A DNA stretch of 64,000 bases from Heterodontus francisci (lineage: Eukaryota): assembly GCF_036365525.1 (NCBI RefSeq), contig NC_090378.1, positions 98,576,116 through 98,640,115 of the forward strand, given 5' to 3'. The notes under the pieces were generated by a model. It saw only the letters and a list, made by a program, of their open reading frames with translations. It did not search any database and had not been told where the DNA came from. The position numbers and the translations under genes are program-made. This document shows, piece by piece, positions 46,093-59,518 of the stretch. The first letter of the stretch is position 1; every line of letters begins with the position of its first letter.

Positions 46093-48449
46093 TTCCATAA
46101 TATCCAGAACATCTGTCACACCAACACTACAACTATCGTGAAAATTCACCCAATGGCTGATGATCAAACTTTGCTGATTATTTAATGGTTATAGCATGGT
46201 TTTGTTTGACAGCCCATCGGTTTATAAGCAAAGTCAAGCATAATATATGCATTTTAAGTTTCCAGATTCTCAGTATTCGCATGCAAGCAAATTTCACTAT
46301 ACAGTACATTTGATTTATGGATGCAAGTACTGGTGCTAATTCTTGAAGCCAGTAACACAATTGCTTGGAGAGATACACAAGCTGGTACTCAGAGCTGGTC
46401 CAAGCAGGGAATCTGAAGGATGAGGGAATGGGGGGGAAAAGCAAAGTTGAAACACGGCAAGATAGAAAAATTAATTTGTAGACATCCAATCCATGGGTGA
46501 TTAAGCCTCTGTATTCTAGATGTACACCTCCCTTTGTTCTTAAAAGGAGGTCTTTGACAATGACATTAACACTTAACAGAAATGCCAAGCACCCACTCCA
46601 ACAAATACTAGAGAAAGTTGATATTGTGTATTGGACTATAAAAATACCTCAAGTTTCAGCTTCAAAAAGGTTAATTGCAGGCCACGATTAGAGGATAACA
46701 TTTAAAATAGAACCTTAATTGCATCCTGTTTATCTTGGGTTATGCAAGTAAAACAAAATGAGGCAGTGTTTCCACCCCCAGCCCATCACAACACTTTGGA
46801 GGTCGCTTTGATTTCTGGGAACTATTGTTGTTTTATTTATACCATACACTTGTCAGTTTACAGCTGTAACAAAGCAAATTCACCAAGTGTAAACACTATA
46901 ATGTTCTTCAGCCAAGAGGCCCAAGCAAATGGACTAGATTTGTGCTGTGGAGTTGGAGACTTTGTATCCATGATAACCTTGCGTTTTTGTTTTGTAAAAA
47001 AAAACGCAGAGGTGGTGTGGAGCTGGCAGCTGCCCAATGAAGGGAGGGGTTATAAAGCATGGGTGGATCAAACTCAACATCCCTTATGTACCTTCCAGCA
47101 ATGGGTTGCAATGTCATTGGCAGAGGTGCTTGCCTTTGTGCAAGTGGATCCAAATTGAAAATATTTTGTAGAGCAATATCACATATTCCATGAATGGAAC
47201 TGAAGCCCAGATAAAAGTTACTTGAATGCATTGGTCTGAATTGAACGTGATTTTTGTGTAAACATGGGTGTCCATCCTTCGCTAAAATAAAAATCAATGC
47301 ATCAGATGGGAGACAGTTTCTTACATAAGATAATTATGGCTTCCTTATCATGAGCATAATTTTTTGGGGGAAGGGTAAGTGGAGAGGCTATCTGAATATA
47401 CACAACATGCCCAGAAAAATTTAACCCCATTATTTAACATGACTGAAGTGCAAGGCACTTAATTTTGGCTCATTGAAACTGCTGGCGGGATTGCCATTAT
47501 TTTGCTTTTGCAGCATTTTTAAAATGATGCATGAATGTAAAAAATTGAATTGAATGCTAACCACAGAATCATGCAGCCTAGGAGACCATTCAGCTCATCA
47601 TGCCTAAGCCTGCTTTTTAACAAAGCTATCCACTTAGGCCCAGTCCCCTCCTTTTCCTGACAGCCCTGCAAACTTTTCATTATGTGAATAGCTGGAAAAG
47701 GATAGGATTCATTTGAACTGTTCAGTTGTTAGGAGCATTTCTCAAGCCAGCGGGAGGGTGGGGGAGAGCCAGTAGTTTAAAAAAGGTCAAAAAGGGATCC
47801 CAAGGTGAGTGCTTTTTCTTAAAGGAGGGGTTGATAGTAGGGAGGGGGACAGTACTGTAGAAGAGAGAACCTTCCACAATGAGCTAGCATTGGGGCCATA
47901 AAGGGACAGCGGGTGGTAGCAGCTTAATAGAAATCGGACCGAGAGAGCAGGAAGTGGGTCTCGTGGAGAGGATGTTCTGGGAAAGGGTAGGAGAGAGAGA
48001 GGAACTCAAGAAAGATGCAAGTAATGGCTAGGGAAAAAAAGGAGGGATGTGGCAGAGGCAGCTGAATGGATGGTCTCAATTTTAGTGACAAAATCAATGG
48101 CCTCAAATGAACTTATTGGAGGTGTGTGGATGGGGCAGGGGAGAAGAACTTAAGGAAATAAATAGCAGTGGAGAAAACTTGGTTATCTTTGCATTCCTGA
48201 AGTAGTGAACAGTCTGCAGTGGAAAGCAGATCCTGATCTTGCTTGATGTGATCCAGATCTGGCAATGAATGACTAAACCACTTGTGCATTATATATATAC
48301 CTTCAAAATTACACTAAGACTTAAGGGAGGAAAAGGTGGGTGGCATACCAGGGGAAATGACCAGGGTGGGAGGAGAGCAAGAGCTTAACTGGAATCAAGG
48401 GCACTAAAAAGGTGAGGGTATGATTGAGCAGGTTGATTGGTGAAGTATT

Positions 48450-49930
48450 GGAAATAGCGGATGCGCTGAGGATCATCTTCAAACCTTCATTAGATACAGG
48501 TGAGGTACCTGATGATTGGAGGTCTGCGAACGTTGTACCATTGTTTAAAAAGGGCGAGAGGGATAAGCCAGGTAATTATACGCCAGTCAGTCTGACCTCG
48601 GTGGTGGGTAAAATGTTAGTTTATCCTATCCCTCGGAATAGATTCTGTCACTTAGAAAGGCACGGATTAATCAGGGATAGTCAGCGTGGATTTGTTAGGG
48701 GAAGGTCATGCCTTACTATCTTGATTTGAGTTTTTTGAGGAAATAACAACAAGGAGGATTGATGAGGGTAGTGCAGTGGATGTAGTTTACATGGATTTTA
48801 GTAAGGCATTTGACAAGGTCCCGCATGGCAGAATGGTCAATAAAACGAAAGCCCATGGGATACAGGAGAAGGTGGCAGGTGGATCCAGAATTGGTTCAGT
48901 GACAGGAAACAAAGGGTAGTAGTCGACAGATGATTTTGCCAATGGAAAGCAGTTTCCAATGGCGTTCCACAGGGCTCAGTGAAATGACTTAAATGTGGGA
49001 GGCATGATTGGGAAATTTGCTGACGACATAAAAATTGGCCATGTAGTTGATAGTGAGGAGGAAAGCCATGGACTCCAGAATGATATCAATGGCTTGGTTG
49101 AGTGGGTGGAAATGCGACAAATGGAATTCAATCCAGAGAAAAAAAAAAAGTGTGCAATATTGCATTTGGGGAGGGCAAATAATGCAAGGGAATACATAAT
49201 AAAATGGAAGGATATTGACAGGGGTAGCGTAAGTGAGAGACCTTGGAGTGCATGTCTACAGGTTCCTGAAGGTGGTAGGACAGGTAGACAGAGTGGTGAA
49301 AAAGGCATATGGATTGCTTTCCTTTATTGGCTGATGTATAGAATACAAAAGCAGTGATGTGATGCTGGAACTGTATAAAATGCTGATTAGGCCACAGCTG
49401 GAGTATTGCGTGCATTTCTGGTCAGCACACTACAGAAAAGGACAATTGCTCTGGAGAGAGTACAGAGGAGATTTACAAGAATGTTGTCAGGATTTGAAAG
49501 TTAAAGCTATGAGGAAAAATTGGTTAGGCTAGGATTGTATTCCATGGAACTGAGACTGAGGGGTGACTTAATTGAGGTGTATAGAATTATGAGAGGCCTA
49601 GATAGAGTAGACAGGAAGGACCCGTTTCCCCTGGCGGGGAGGTCAGTTACCAGGAGACACAGATTTAAGGTGATTGGTGGAAGGATTAGAGGGGACATGA
49701 GGGGAAAAACTTTCACCCAGAGGGTGGTAGGTGTCTGGAATTTGTTGACGGGAATGGTGGGAGGCAGAGACCCATAATTTTTGTTTAAAAAGAATGTAAC
49801 TGAAGTGCTGTAACCTGCGGGGCTACGGACCAGGTGCTGGAAGGTGGGATTAGTTTGGGTGGCTAGTTTATTCGGCCGTCACGGGCACAATGAGCTGAAT
49901 GGCCTCCTTCTGTGCTCTACTTTTTCTGTT
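48450..49930 (+). mobile_element. 5'-truncated degenerate CR1
   Basis: GEVPDDWRSANVVPLFKKG, KFADD, LRGDLIEVY; 3'UTR matches 21100-21270. Confidence 0.88.
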
Positions 49931-49979
49931 TTTCTAAGTATCATGGTAAAGCCCAGGAGTTTTTCCAAGCACCATTCTG

Positions 49980-50280
49980 AGTGACTTGAGGGAGTTATTT
50001 ATTCCCACCCAGACATGGACACAAAGAGGGCACAAGGTTGGAAGAGGAACAGCAGTGACAGATTCAAGTTTGTGATCAGAAATGTTCTTGCCTGTGATCG
50101 ACATGATGGGGATAGAGACACCACATAATGTGGCAAGGTGAAGGGGGTGGTTGTGAATATGGAGGGAGGTGTTAAGGGAGGACAGAGGGCAGTGGACTCA
50201 GCGGGGATAAGATGAGTTGTGATGGAGGCTGAAATCAGAGGTTGGGGCATCACTCAGTGCAGAGGTTGATAGTTATGAGT
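49980..50280 (-). mobile_element. L2-like fragment
   Basis: Purine-rich plus strand resembling the reverse complement of an L2 EN/linker region. Confidence 0.4.
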
Positions 50281-50349
50281 TAGAAAGTGCTGTTATAAAA
50301 GTGACCGGAGGCAGAAAGCAAAGCAAGACCAAGAAACCAAGAAAGAAAG

Positions 50350-52158
50350 AAATAGAATGAAAGTAAACTAGCAACATAAAAATGGACTGTAAAAACTTCT
50401 ATAGGTATCTAAAAAAAAGATTAGCAAAGAATAATGTGTGCCCATTATAGGAAGAGGCAGGGGAATAAACAATGGGGAATAAGGAGAGGCCAGAGGAACT
50501 AAGCATTTTGTGTCGGTCATCTCCCAGAAATACTCAAGAACCAAAAAGGGACCAATGAGAATGAACAGAAAGAAATTAGTAATAGTTTAAAAAAGTACTA
50601 GAAAAATTAATGGGACTTAAATTTGATAAATCCCCTGGACCTGATGATCTACATCCCAGAGATTTGAAAGCGGTGGCTTTCGAGAGATAGTGGATGCATT
50701 GATCATATTCCAAAATTCTGGAGCAGTTCCTGATAATTGGAAGGTAGCAAATGTAACCCCACTATTTAAGAAAGGAAGACGAGAAAACGAGGAATTACAG
50801 ACATGTTAGCCTGATGTCAGTAGTAGGGAAAATGTTTGAATCTATTATAAAAGGATGAGATAACTGGACACTTTGAAAATAATGGTAGGATTGGGCAGAG
50901 TTGACATGGATTTATGAAAGTGAAATCATGTTTGAAAAACCTGTTGGAGTTTTTTTTGAAGATGTAACTAGCAGAATAGATAAAGGGGGAAACCAGTGGA
51001 TGTGGTATATTTGGATTTTCAGAAGGCTCTCGATAAGGTCCCACAGAGGAGCTTAGTAACAAAATTAGAGCACATGGGATTGGGGGGGTGGTGTAATATA
51101 CTGGTTAAGATTGAGAATTGGTTAACGGACAGAAAACAGTAGGAATAAATGGGTCATTCCCAGGTTGGCAGGCTGTGATTAGTGGGGAACTGCAAGGATC
51201 AGTGCTGGGGCCCCAGCTATTCACAATCAATGATTTGGATTTGGGGACCAAATGTGATATTTCCAAGTTTGCTGATGACACAAAATTAGGTGGGAATGGG
51301 AGTTGTGAGGGAGGATGCAAAGAGGCTTCAAGGGTATTTAGACAGGCTAGGTGAGTGGACCAGAACATGGCAGATGGAATAAAATGTGGAAAAATGTGAC
51401 GTTATCCACTTTGGTAGGAAAAAAAAAAACAGAACTGCAGAGTACTTCTCAACACTTCCCAATCTCACCATTTATGTCCAAAGGGACTTGGGTGCCCTTG
51501 TTCATAAGTCACTGAAAGCTAGCATGAAAGTGCAGCAAGAAATTAGGAAGGCAAATAGTATATTGTCCTTTATTACAAGAGGATGCGAGTACAGGAGTAA
51601 AGATATCTTGCAGCAATTGTATAGAGCCTTGGTGAAACCGCACCTGGAGTATTATGTACAGTTTTGGTCACCTTTGTCAGAGAAGTGCAACGAAGGTTTC
51701 CCAGACTGATTCCTGGGATGTCGGGATTGTTCTATGGGGAGAGATTGTGGAAACTGGGTCCATATTCTCTAGAGTTTAGAAGAATGAGAGGTGATCTCAC
51801 TGAAGCACACAAAATTCTAAACAGGGCTCGACAAGGTTGATGTAGGAAGGATGGTTCCCCTAGCTGGGGGGGTCTAGAACCAGGGGACATAATCTTAGAA
51901 TAAGGGGTAGGCCATTTAAGACAGAGGAGGAGGAGGAATTTCTTCACTCAGAGGGTGACGAATCTTTGGAATTCTCTACCCCAGAAGGTTGTGGAAGCCT
52001 AGTCATTGAGTACATTCAAGACAGAGATCAATAGATTTCTAGATATTAAAGATATCAAGGGATACTGCAGGAAAATGACATTGAGGTAGATCATCAGCCA
52101 TTATCTAATTGAATGGCAGAGCAGGCTCGAAGGGCTAAATAGCCTGTTCTTATGTTCC
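50350..52158 (+). mobile_element. Old CR1 (RT to 3'UTR)
   Basis: KSPGPD, QGSVLGP, ISKFADDTKLGG, LEYYVQFWSP; tail ttcttatgttcct. Confidence 0.87.
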
Positions 52159-53430
52159 TAGAGTGCTGAGAGACAGATAGAAAAGGAAAACGATGGGCTT
52201 AGCCAAGAGGGAGTCAAGTCTTGACAGGAGGAGAATTGGAAGGTAGAGGAGTAGTGAAGAGTTGGAGAGAAATGAAAGGAGGAATGACTGGATAATAGGA
52301 AGATGACAGAAGGGCTCAAGAGAGTGAGAGAGAGAAGCAAAAGAAAAAGGGAGAACAGAATAATGGGCTCTGTAGCTGCAGCCAAAATGTACATGCGCAC
52401 GGACAAAGAAATTCAGGTTATTGAATCACAATTTAAAGCTCAAACTTCATCTTCTGTACAATGCTTAGTTGGGAACAGGATTTTTTCCTCTCACAGTAAC
52501 ACAGTAGTGGGTGCTCTTTTGAGGCTGAGGTTAAAGTAGTTTCTTCTGCATGTGACCACATTAAAAATGATCTAACAATGCTCAACACTAAGCACCCATA
52601 GTAGAATCAGGCTCTGCTTTTCAGCGAGACATCCTCCACTTTAAACAGGACATAAAGTCATCTGAAAAGCTACTGAAACAATTCTGACCTTCAAGAGATA
52701 GTCTTTAACGACTAATCTAATCCAATAAAAATGGGCTACACTTCATAACTTTCACTGGAAATGTAAATTTAAGACTCTTATAAATGTTGTTTAAAAACAC
52801 ATGGAAATGCAATTAGATCAACATGGTAACTCCTGATAAATGTGGAAGTTTAAAAAAAAATGCAGCCAGTTGTCATTACTCTAGATAGCAGCTCTAACTT
52901 GGGCTCTTGCCAAGTCTAACCCTAATCTGTTCATCAAGTCAGCAAACACTCAAGCTGCAAGGTCTTATTTCTTTCTGTAGACATACTGCAGCCATTAATT
53001 CAGGACATAGATAGAGGAAGACTAATCCAGACTGATTAACTCACCAGATTTGCTACAAGCAACGATTCAATGTACCAGTACAATCAATTTGTATCCAAAA
53101 CATTTAGAATTCCATTTTCACAGAATTGTTACAGCACAAAAAGGAGGCCATTTGGCCTGTGGTGTCTGCACTGGCTCTCCGAAAGAGTTTACCTAGTACC
53201 ACTCCCAATAATCCTGCACATTCTTCTTTTTCAGAAAACCATCCAATTACCTCTTGAATGCCTCGATTGAACCAGTCTTATTTAATGCAATCTTTGTTCT
53301 GCACTCATTTCTGTTCAGTTCAAAGGATCTTTGGGTAATCAATTGAAATAAGGCATTGATAAGTTTTAAAACTAAGATTTTAGCAAAGTTATGAAAGCTA
53401 AAGATGGCACAGTTCGATACCACTTTATAA

Positions 53431-54001
53431 TGTTACGACCAGGTGAAGTGGTGGTCTAGGGTTCCCTTTTAGCCTTCACCTGGTCTTACTGTAACAGGGT
53501 TTAATTTTAAACACACCGTGTCTTTGGCTCCCCCTTGGTGAATTAGAAGGCAAAGAAACCAGCACTAACAGGCTTGCTTAGGTTTAAAGAAGAAAGATTG
53601 AAATTTATTAAGCTTGAACCCTAATTCGGTTAATGCCTATGACAGACAGAGAGAGACAGAGAGATGGGAGCAGGAAGACAAACGAGGTAATCTTCAGACC
53701 AGGGTCATTCTGCAGGCTGAGTTCAAACTGTACAATGCAGAAACCCCCAGGTTGTCAAGCAGGTTAGTCATGTGACTAACTGGTCTGAGCACGTCTCGGC
53801 TCTGTGTATTGTATCATCTTAGCAGGGAATGGAATGAGCTTCCCTGCCTTCAATGTCTGAGTATGTAAATGTTTTTTTTTTCCAGCCAAGGTCTGGCAGT
53901 CCTTGCAACAGGCCTCCTCTTCCCAGCAACAATATGAAACGTAATGTCCATGCGGCAAAATTAATATGCCTCATTCTTGGCAGGTGGGGGCCTGCATGAC
54001 A
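53431..54001 (-). mobile_element. Solo LTR (internally deleted)
   Basis: TGTTACGACCAGG...CCTGCATGACA, flanks ataa/atag. Confidence 0.8.
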
Positions 54002-55829
54002 ATAGGAACTTCCCAGAGCAATGTCCTTAAAATTATTTCAGTAAGTTAACACAAGATGTTACTTGCTCCTTTTTCAATGCTCACACACCTTCCTTTCAAA
54101 CAGAAATTTCTTTTTACATCACAGACTCCACTTTGCTCAATGTTTTATTATATTGGTCGTGCAGGGTTCGTATACTTTATTGATTTTACACATCTCCGGC
54201 ACAATGGGCTGAATGGCCTCCATGCAGCAAGATTTTATGATTTGAGGCCAGTCTTCAGGAGACTAGCCCATGTTGGTCTGAACTCACACCAAGTGCAATA
54301 CAGTGTCGTATTCAAAGTAAAGCTAGCTTTGTCCTGCACTAATGTGCCTCAGTTCCCTTTCAGCAGTGTGAATACTTTGCCATTTCAATCAACCATTGTC
54401 TTGTGGACTCAAGTGAGACAGTCAATAAATACAAATTCTACCAACAGGAGATATTTAGAAATGACCCTACTCCATATAAAGCAACAGCATTAATCTGAAG
54501 ATCGGCAGCTAAGAGGTTGCTGAATAGATAAGGTCATTGGCCTAAAGATCAATCTTTAATCTAAGAAAAACTTTGCTTTTAATATATAAACTAATTCTTT
54601 GTTGGTTTGATCATCTTCTCTGAAATCACTTCTACCAGAGCAAACAAAATTGACATTAATATGCTGTTACCGACATAAAACAGTCTTCAAAGTTTGAGAG
54701 CCTTCCAGTTACACCCCCTCCTTCCCCTTGCCCATTAAGTCAAACCTCCCTCCAGGCCCCACTGCCCTGCTGCTGAACCCAGCACGGTCTAGTTTTTCTC
54801 CCATCCTCCGCTCCCCTCTAGATTTATCCAAATAGCCCCCATTTGAATGGGATTGCGGAAATGATTGAAAGCTCTTGGTCCATGGCCAACACTGCACTAC
54901 TTTCCCAGTTAGCAGAGGAAACGTGGCAAACAAACAGAAACCATGTCTTAAATACAAAACATCATGCCCTTAACCAAATTACCTAAAAGCTGGACTGTTG
55001 CTGAGATAACAGACAAGATTAAAATGGTACAATTAAGATACACATTTTCACCCCTAGCAAGGGGTTTCAAATCTACTTGCAAACAATTTGATATTAGACT
55101 CCATGACAATTTAACTGAAGGACCAGACTTTGGTTATGTGTGCGCATAGAAAAGAAGAGACACTGATTACCAGGGCCACACAGTACCCAATGACTCCATC
55201 CGTTCCATACAGTTCTTTTGCATGAAAAAAGAAACACTCAACGCAGAAAGCACTACTACAGGAAGAAGCTGAAATTATGGACAGAATGGAATAGTGAAGA
55301 AACTCAAACAAATTATAGAAGTGACACTTCAAAGCTTTTTCAGTCACAATCCTACAGTTTATTTCCAGATAATTTACTGCAGTTCGAAGTAGAATAAGAC
55401 TGACTCAGTTATCAAAAGGATAATAAAGTACATGGCTGGCTAAACCCAAGAACTGTTACCCAATTGCATTTGTTTTTACTTGTGTTTAATTCTGCCTTCA
55501 GGACTGGAATGGCTCACAAAGAATGAAAGACAATGATGTGCAACCTATTGATGTCTCAAAAACATTCCCCACTGTCTGTGTTGTTCTTGGCATAGCTTCA
55601 CAGCCTCGTCTGCATTGTAGGGAATGAAAATAGAGCTGACTGCTGCAAAATTCTAATAGTACTGTTTTGGAAAGAAAAAAATGTTATCAAAATACAATGG
55701 GGAGGACTAGGAGGTGCAGAGACTGGTCAAACGTTGAAGTAATGGACTGACCTGTTCAACTGCAGCAACAAAAATAATTTTTAGACAATGCAGTTTCTGC
55801 TACTCAATTGACTCAGAAGACTACAGGGA

Positions 55830-56150
55830 GACTTGCATTTATATGGAGCCTTTAAGCTCATTAAATCCCAAAGCACTTTATAGCCAATGAAGTACAGTCA
55901 CTATTGCAATGAGATAATGGCCAGATAATCTGTTTTTTTGTAAAAGTGATTTCAGTCAAGAGACTGAAGGGCCAGGACTCCCAAGGTCTTTGAAATAGTG
56001 CCATGGAATCCTTTACCCAAGGGTAGACTGGGCCGTGATTCAATGTTTCATCCAAATGATAGAACCTCAGACAGTGCAGTAATGCACTGGGGTGCCAGCC
56101 TAGATTATGTGCTGAAGCCTCATGTGGGACCAGAACCTATGCTCTGCTGA
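55830..56150 (-). mobile_element. Deu-type SINE (SacSINE1-like), degenerate
   Basis: acttgcatttatat tail, aaagcacttt..gccaatgaagtac, gtgccatggaatcct and gacagtgcag..agcctagattatgtgct blocks. Confidence 0.6.
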
Positions 56151-56173
56151 CACACACGCACGCACACACACAC
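56149..56173. repeat. (CA)n microsatellite
   Basis: acacacacgcacgcacacacacaca. Confidence 0.8.
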
Positions 56174-57049
56174 AGGCAGAGACAACCACAGAGCAGAGGT
56201 GATTCATGTTTTCGTCACCCGTCAATACGGAGTTATCCAACATCAGTAGTTTAGTTGCAGCACTTTTGGGTTGAGCACAAGGATGAGTCCTATATTTAGA
56301 CTGCTGTAGTGGAAGTGTGGGGAAAAAACCTCAGGGGCTCTGCCACCAATTGTTAGATGAATCTTGCTGGAAGAGCACACCCTGTGGAAATTAGGGGTGG
56401 TCAGGATTAGGCTCAGCCAGGAGGAGGATATTTGCCACACTCAGACAACACTCATCAAGGTATTCACTAATAATGGCCACTGGGGTGCTAGGAGTGGGGA
56501 GAAGCTACTAGAGGACAACTATGCCCATGGAACCATGCCCAGTGAAGGCGCCAACCTTTAGAAAGCCAGCTTTATAATCAAATTGTTGCTATTACCTTAA
56601 ATCTACATTTTAAGCAGAAAATACTTACTTTTAGGCTATACTGTACTCAGCTCAGCAGCTATCACATTTAAACATCTGTTCAACACAAACTCGCAAAAAG
56701 AACACAAGCGATTAAGTATAGAATTCACTACAACATGCATAAGAAATTAGAAAAAACAGTCCAGACTAAAATCTATTCTGCAAGCCATTACAAGATTACA
56801 GATGAGAGATTTCCAACAGGCATGTTATTCTCAGTTAATATTTCACTTTAAAAGCTTGAGATCAACTAGTGTTAAGGTATCATGGGGTAATTTTAGTATT
56901 CCACTCACTTGTTCAAGTTTTGCCACACATTCAAAGATCAGCACTAAAACGGTACGCACTGCTACATCTCCAATACCACTCTCCCACCACCATTCTGTGC
57001 CAGCTATTTTCAAACCCATCCAAGTTGTGGAGAAATAAATAGAATTATA

Positions 57050-57335
57050 CTTCTCAGGTGGACATAGGATTCCATGGCACTGTTCAAAGAAAAGCAAGAA
57101 GCTCTCCCACTATCCATGAAAACATTCATCTTCAAGCAAAATCAATAAAAAAAAATAAAAAGGCAGGTTAAATTGGTCATTCATCCCATTTACTGTATTT
57201 CAGACCTTGATATAAGCAAATTGGCTGCCAGGTTGTCTACACAGCAACAGTGACTACATTTGATAAAAGTAATTCACTGAGATGCATTGAGGTGCCCCAA
57301 GGACATGACAAGGGATTACATAAATATAAATCTAA
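57050..57335 (+). mobile_element. Deu-type SINE fragment
   Basis: caggtggacataggattccatggcactgtt..caacagtgactacattt..ataaatataaatc. Confidence 0.5.
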
Positions 57336-57339
57336 GAGA

Positions 57340-57682
57340 GTACAGCAGTGTTGTGATTAAGCAACTGAATTAGCAATCCTGAGACCTGGACTAATAATCC
57401 AGCGTGAGAATTTTATTTCAATTTTAAAAAGATGCCATCAGTAAAAAGGTGATCACGATGCTGCCAGATGCTTGTAAAAACACAACCGGTTCACGGATGT
57501 CCTTCAGGGAAGGAAATCTGCTGTCTTTGCCTGGTCAGATGTGCGACAGTGCAGTCGACTCTTAACTGCCCTCTGAAGTGGCCTAGCAAGTTGCTCAATT
57601 GCGTTATGATCTACTCAAGGGCAATGAGGGATGGGCAATAAATGCTAGCAACACCCAGATCCAGAGAATGAAGAAAATAAAT
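57340..57682 (+). mobile_element. tRNA-derived SINE sharing head and tail with the 23797-26900 LINE
   Basis: ..ggttcacggatgtccttcagggaaggaaatctgc..ctcttaactgccctctgaagtggcctagcaag followed within about 25 nt by tcaagggcaatgagggatgggcaataaatgct. Confidence 0.75.
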
Positions 57683-58454
57683 CCAAGTAATTTATTTTTC
57701 CTGTCCAGATTTCATGTTTAGGCATAAACAAAAACACAAATGTGACAACACTGGTGATGAAAGTGCAGCCAAGATGTAATCTGAGTTCATGGTAACTGGC
57801 TGTTGTTTACGCAGAGAGAATAGAAAGTGGATCTTCAGTCTTTCATAAATCAGAACTAAAAATAGTTGTTTTACAATGGATGGATCAAAAGGCCAGTTTT
57901 CCTTTCCTTAATTAAAAGAAAATGGGAATTGAGATTTTCCCCTTTAATTTCAAGGAGCCCACATTCCATTCTTCAAATAGATTATGTCCATTTACTTGCC
58001 CCACTCCCATCCTCTCCACTGCTACCCACCCCTAAAGTCAGACTGTCTGTTTTGCACAGAGACTGGGTTAGAAAAGTAGAAAGCATTTGAAGGAGCAGAG
58101 GGAAGAAAACTACTTCTGACTGTTCTGAATAAATTTAGCCTCATGCAATTCTACTCATGTTTTTCATCTGCATCTCCTGTTTATGATAATAACTTATTTA
58201 TTCAACACTCCCTAGCGTCAAAAGGAAATCCTGAAATAAATGTTTGCAGTTGTCAGACCAAAAGTACCTTTGATGAATCGTGGAAACAGTTCAGTGAAAG
58301 CTGCCAATGTTTCAAGGTTTCCTCCACAAAAGAAAACATTCTAAGTTTCCATGCCCATCTTTGCCACAACACTGAAGCTCTGCAATTAGGTTTCCAACAA
58401 TGACACCGAAACAGCCCGAATGAAAATCAGAAACGATAACCCGTGACTTCAACC

Positions 58455-58550
58455 ATGGTGCATTATGTCAACCTCTGGGCCGCCTTCGACACAGTTGAGC
58501 AACCATCCTCCAACACCTCTCCTCTGTTGTCCAGTTTGGTGGAACAGTCA
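58455..58550 (+). mobile_element. L2 RT fragment
   Basis: Translates to NLWAAFDTVE..ILLQHLS, an LDLSAAFDTVDH-like motif. Confidence 0.55.
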
Positions 58551-58674
58551 GCTATTTATCCTTCGAACGGCAACCTGGCCACATAGATTTAAAAAAAAAC
58601 TTCGAGTACAACACTGACCAGCTATTCCAAAATATTATGGCCAAAAGGCAACTGAAATCCAGCAGCTTAATCAT

Positions 58675-59170
58675 GCATTGGAAGCAATTCAGAGAAGGTT
58701 TACTAGACTGATACCTGGAATGGACGGATTGTCTCCAAGGAAAAGTTGGACAGGATAGGTTTGCATCCGCTGGAGATTCGAAGAGTAAGAGGCGACTTGA
58801 TTGAAACATAAGATCCTGAGGGGTCTTGACAGGGTAGATATGGAAAGGATGTTTCCCCTTGTGGGAGAATCTGGAACTAGAGGTCACTATTTAGAAATAA
58901 GGGGTTGCCCAATTAAAGACAGTTGAGGAAAAAAAAATTTGAGCGCCATGAGTGTTTGGAACTCTCCCTCAAAAGGCAATGGAAGCAGAGTCTTTGAATA
59001 TTTTTAAGGCAGAGGGAGATCGATTCTGGACAAGCAAGGGGGTGAAATGTTATCTGGGGTAGGCAGCATGTGGAGTCGAGGTTACAATCAGATCAGCCAT
59101 GATCTTATTGAACGGTGCAGCAGGCTCGAGGGGCCGAGTGGACTACTCCTGCTCCTCATTTGTACGTTAG
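58675..59170 (+). mobile_element. Old CR1 3' fragment
   Basis: LEAIQRRFTRLIPG..RGDLIETYKILRG homology and a CR1 3'UTR. Confidence 0.8.
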
Positions 59171-59298
59171 TGTGTTCCCACCATTCCGATATAAATATCA
59201 GTTCTTTATTTCTCTGGTCACAGCACTGTGCTTACTTAGGATAGCTAGCTAGCACACCTGCTCAAATGTGGATTAAATCAAACACTTGGACTTCTAGA

Positions 59299-59518
59299 AT
59301 AAAAGCAAAGTACTGCGGATACTGGAAATCTGAAATAAAAACAAGAAATGCTGGAACCACTCAGCAGGTCTGGCAGCATCTGTGGAAAGAGAAGCAGAGT
59401 TAACGTTTCGGGTCAGTGACCCTTCCGATGAAGGGTCACTGACCCGAAACGTTAACTCTGCTTCTCTTTCCACAGATGCTGCCAGACCAGCTGAGTGGTT
59501 CCAGCATTTCTTGTTTTT
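59299..59518. mobile_element. Palindromic Penelope-derived non-autonomous element with 15-bp TSD
   Basis: Arms 59336-59425 and 59430-59519 (one mismatch); TSD acttggacttctaga at 59284-59298 and 59519-59533; arms match the PLE terminus 44815-44945. Confidence 0.88.

Noticed and set aside
55111-55347. 78-aa hydrophobic minus-strand ORF resembling a membrane protein
   Set aside because: Non-ATG start, no family motif and no convincing splice sites; hydrophobicity is expected from a T-rich strand.
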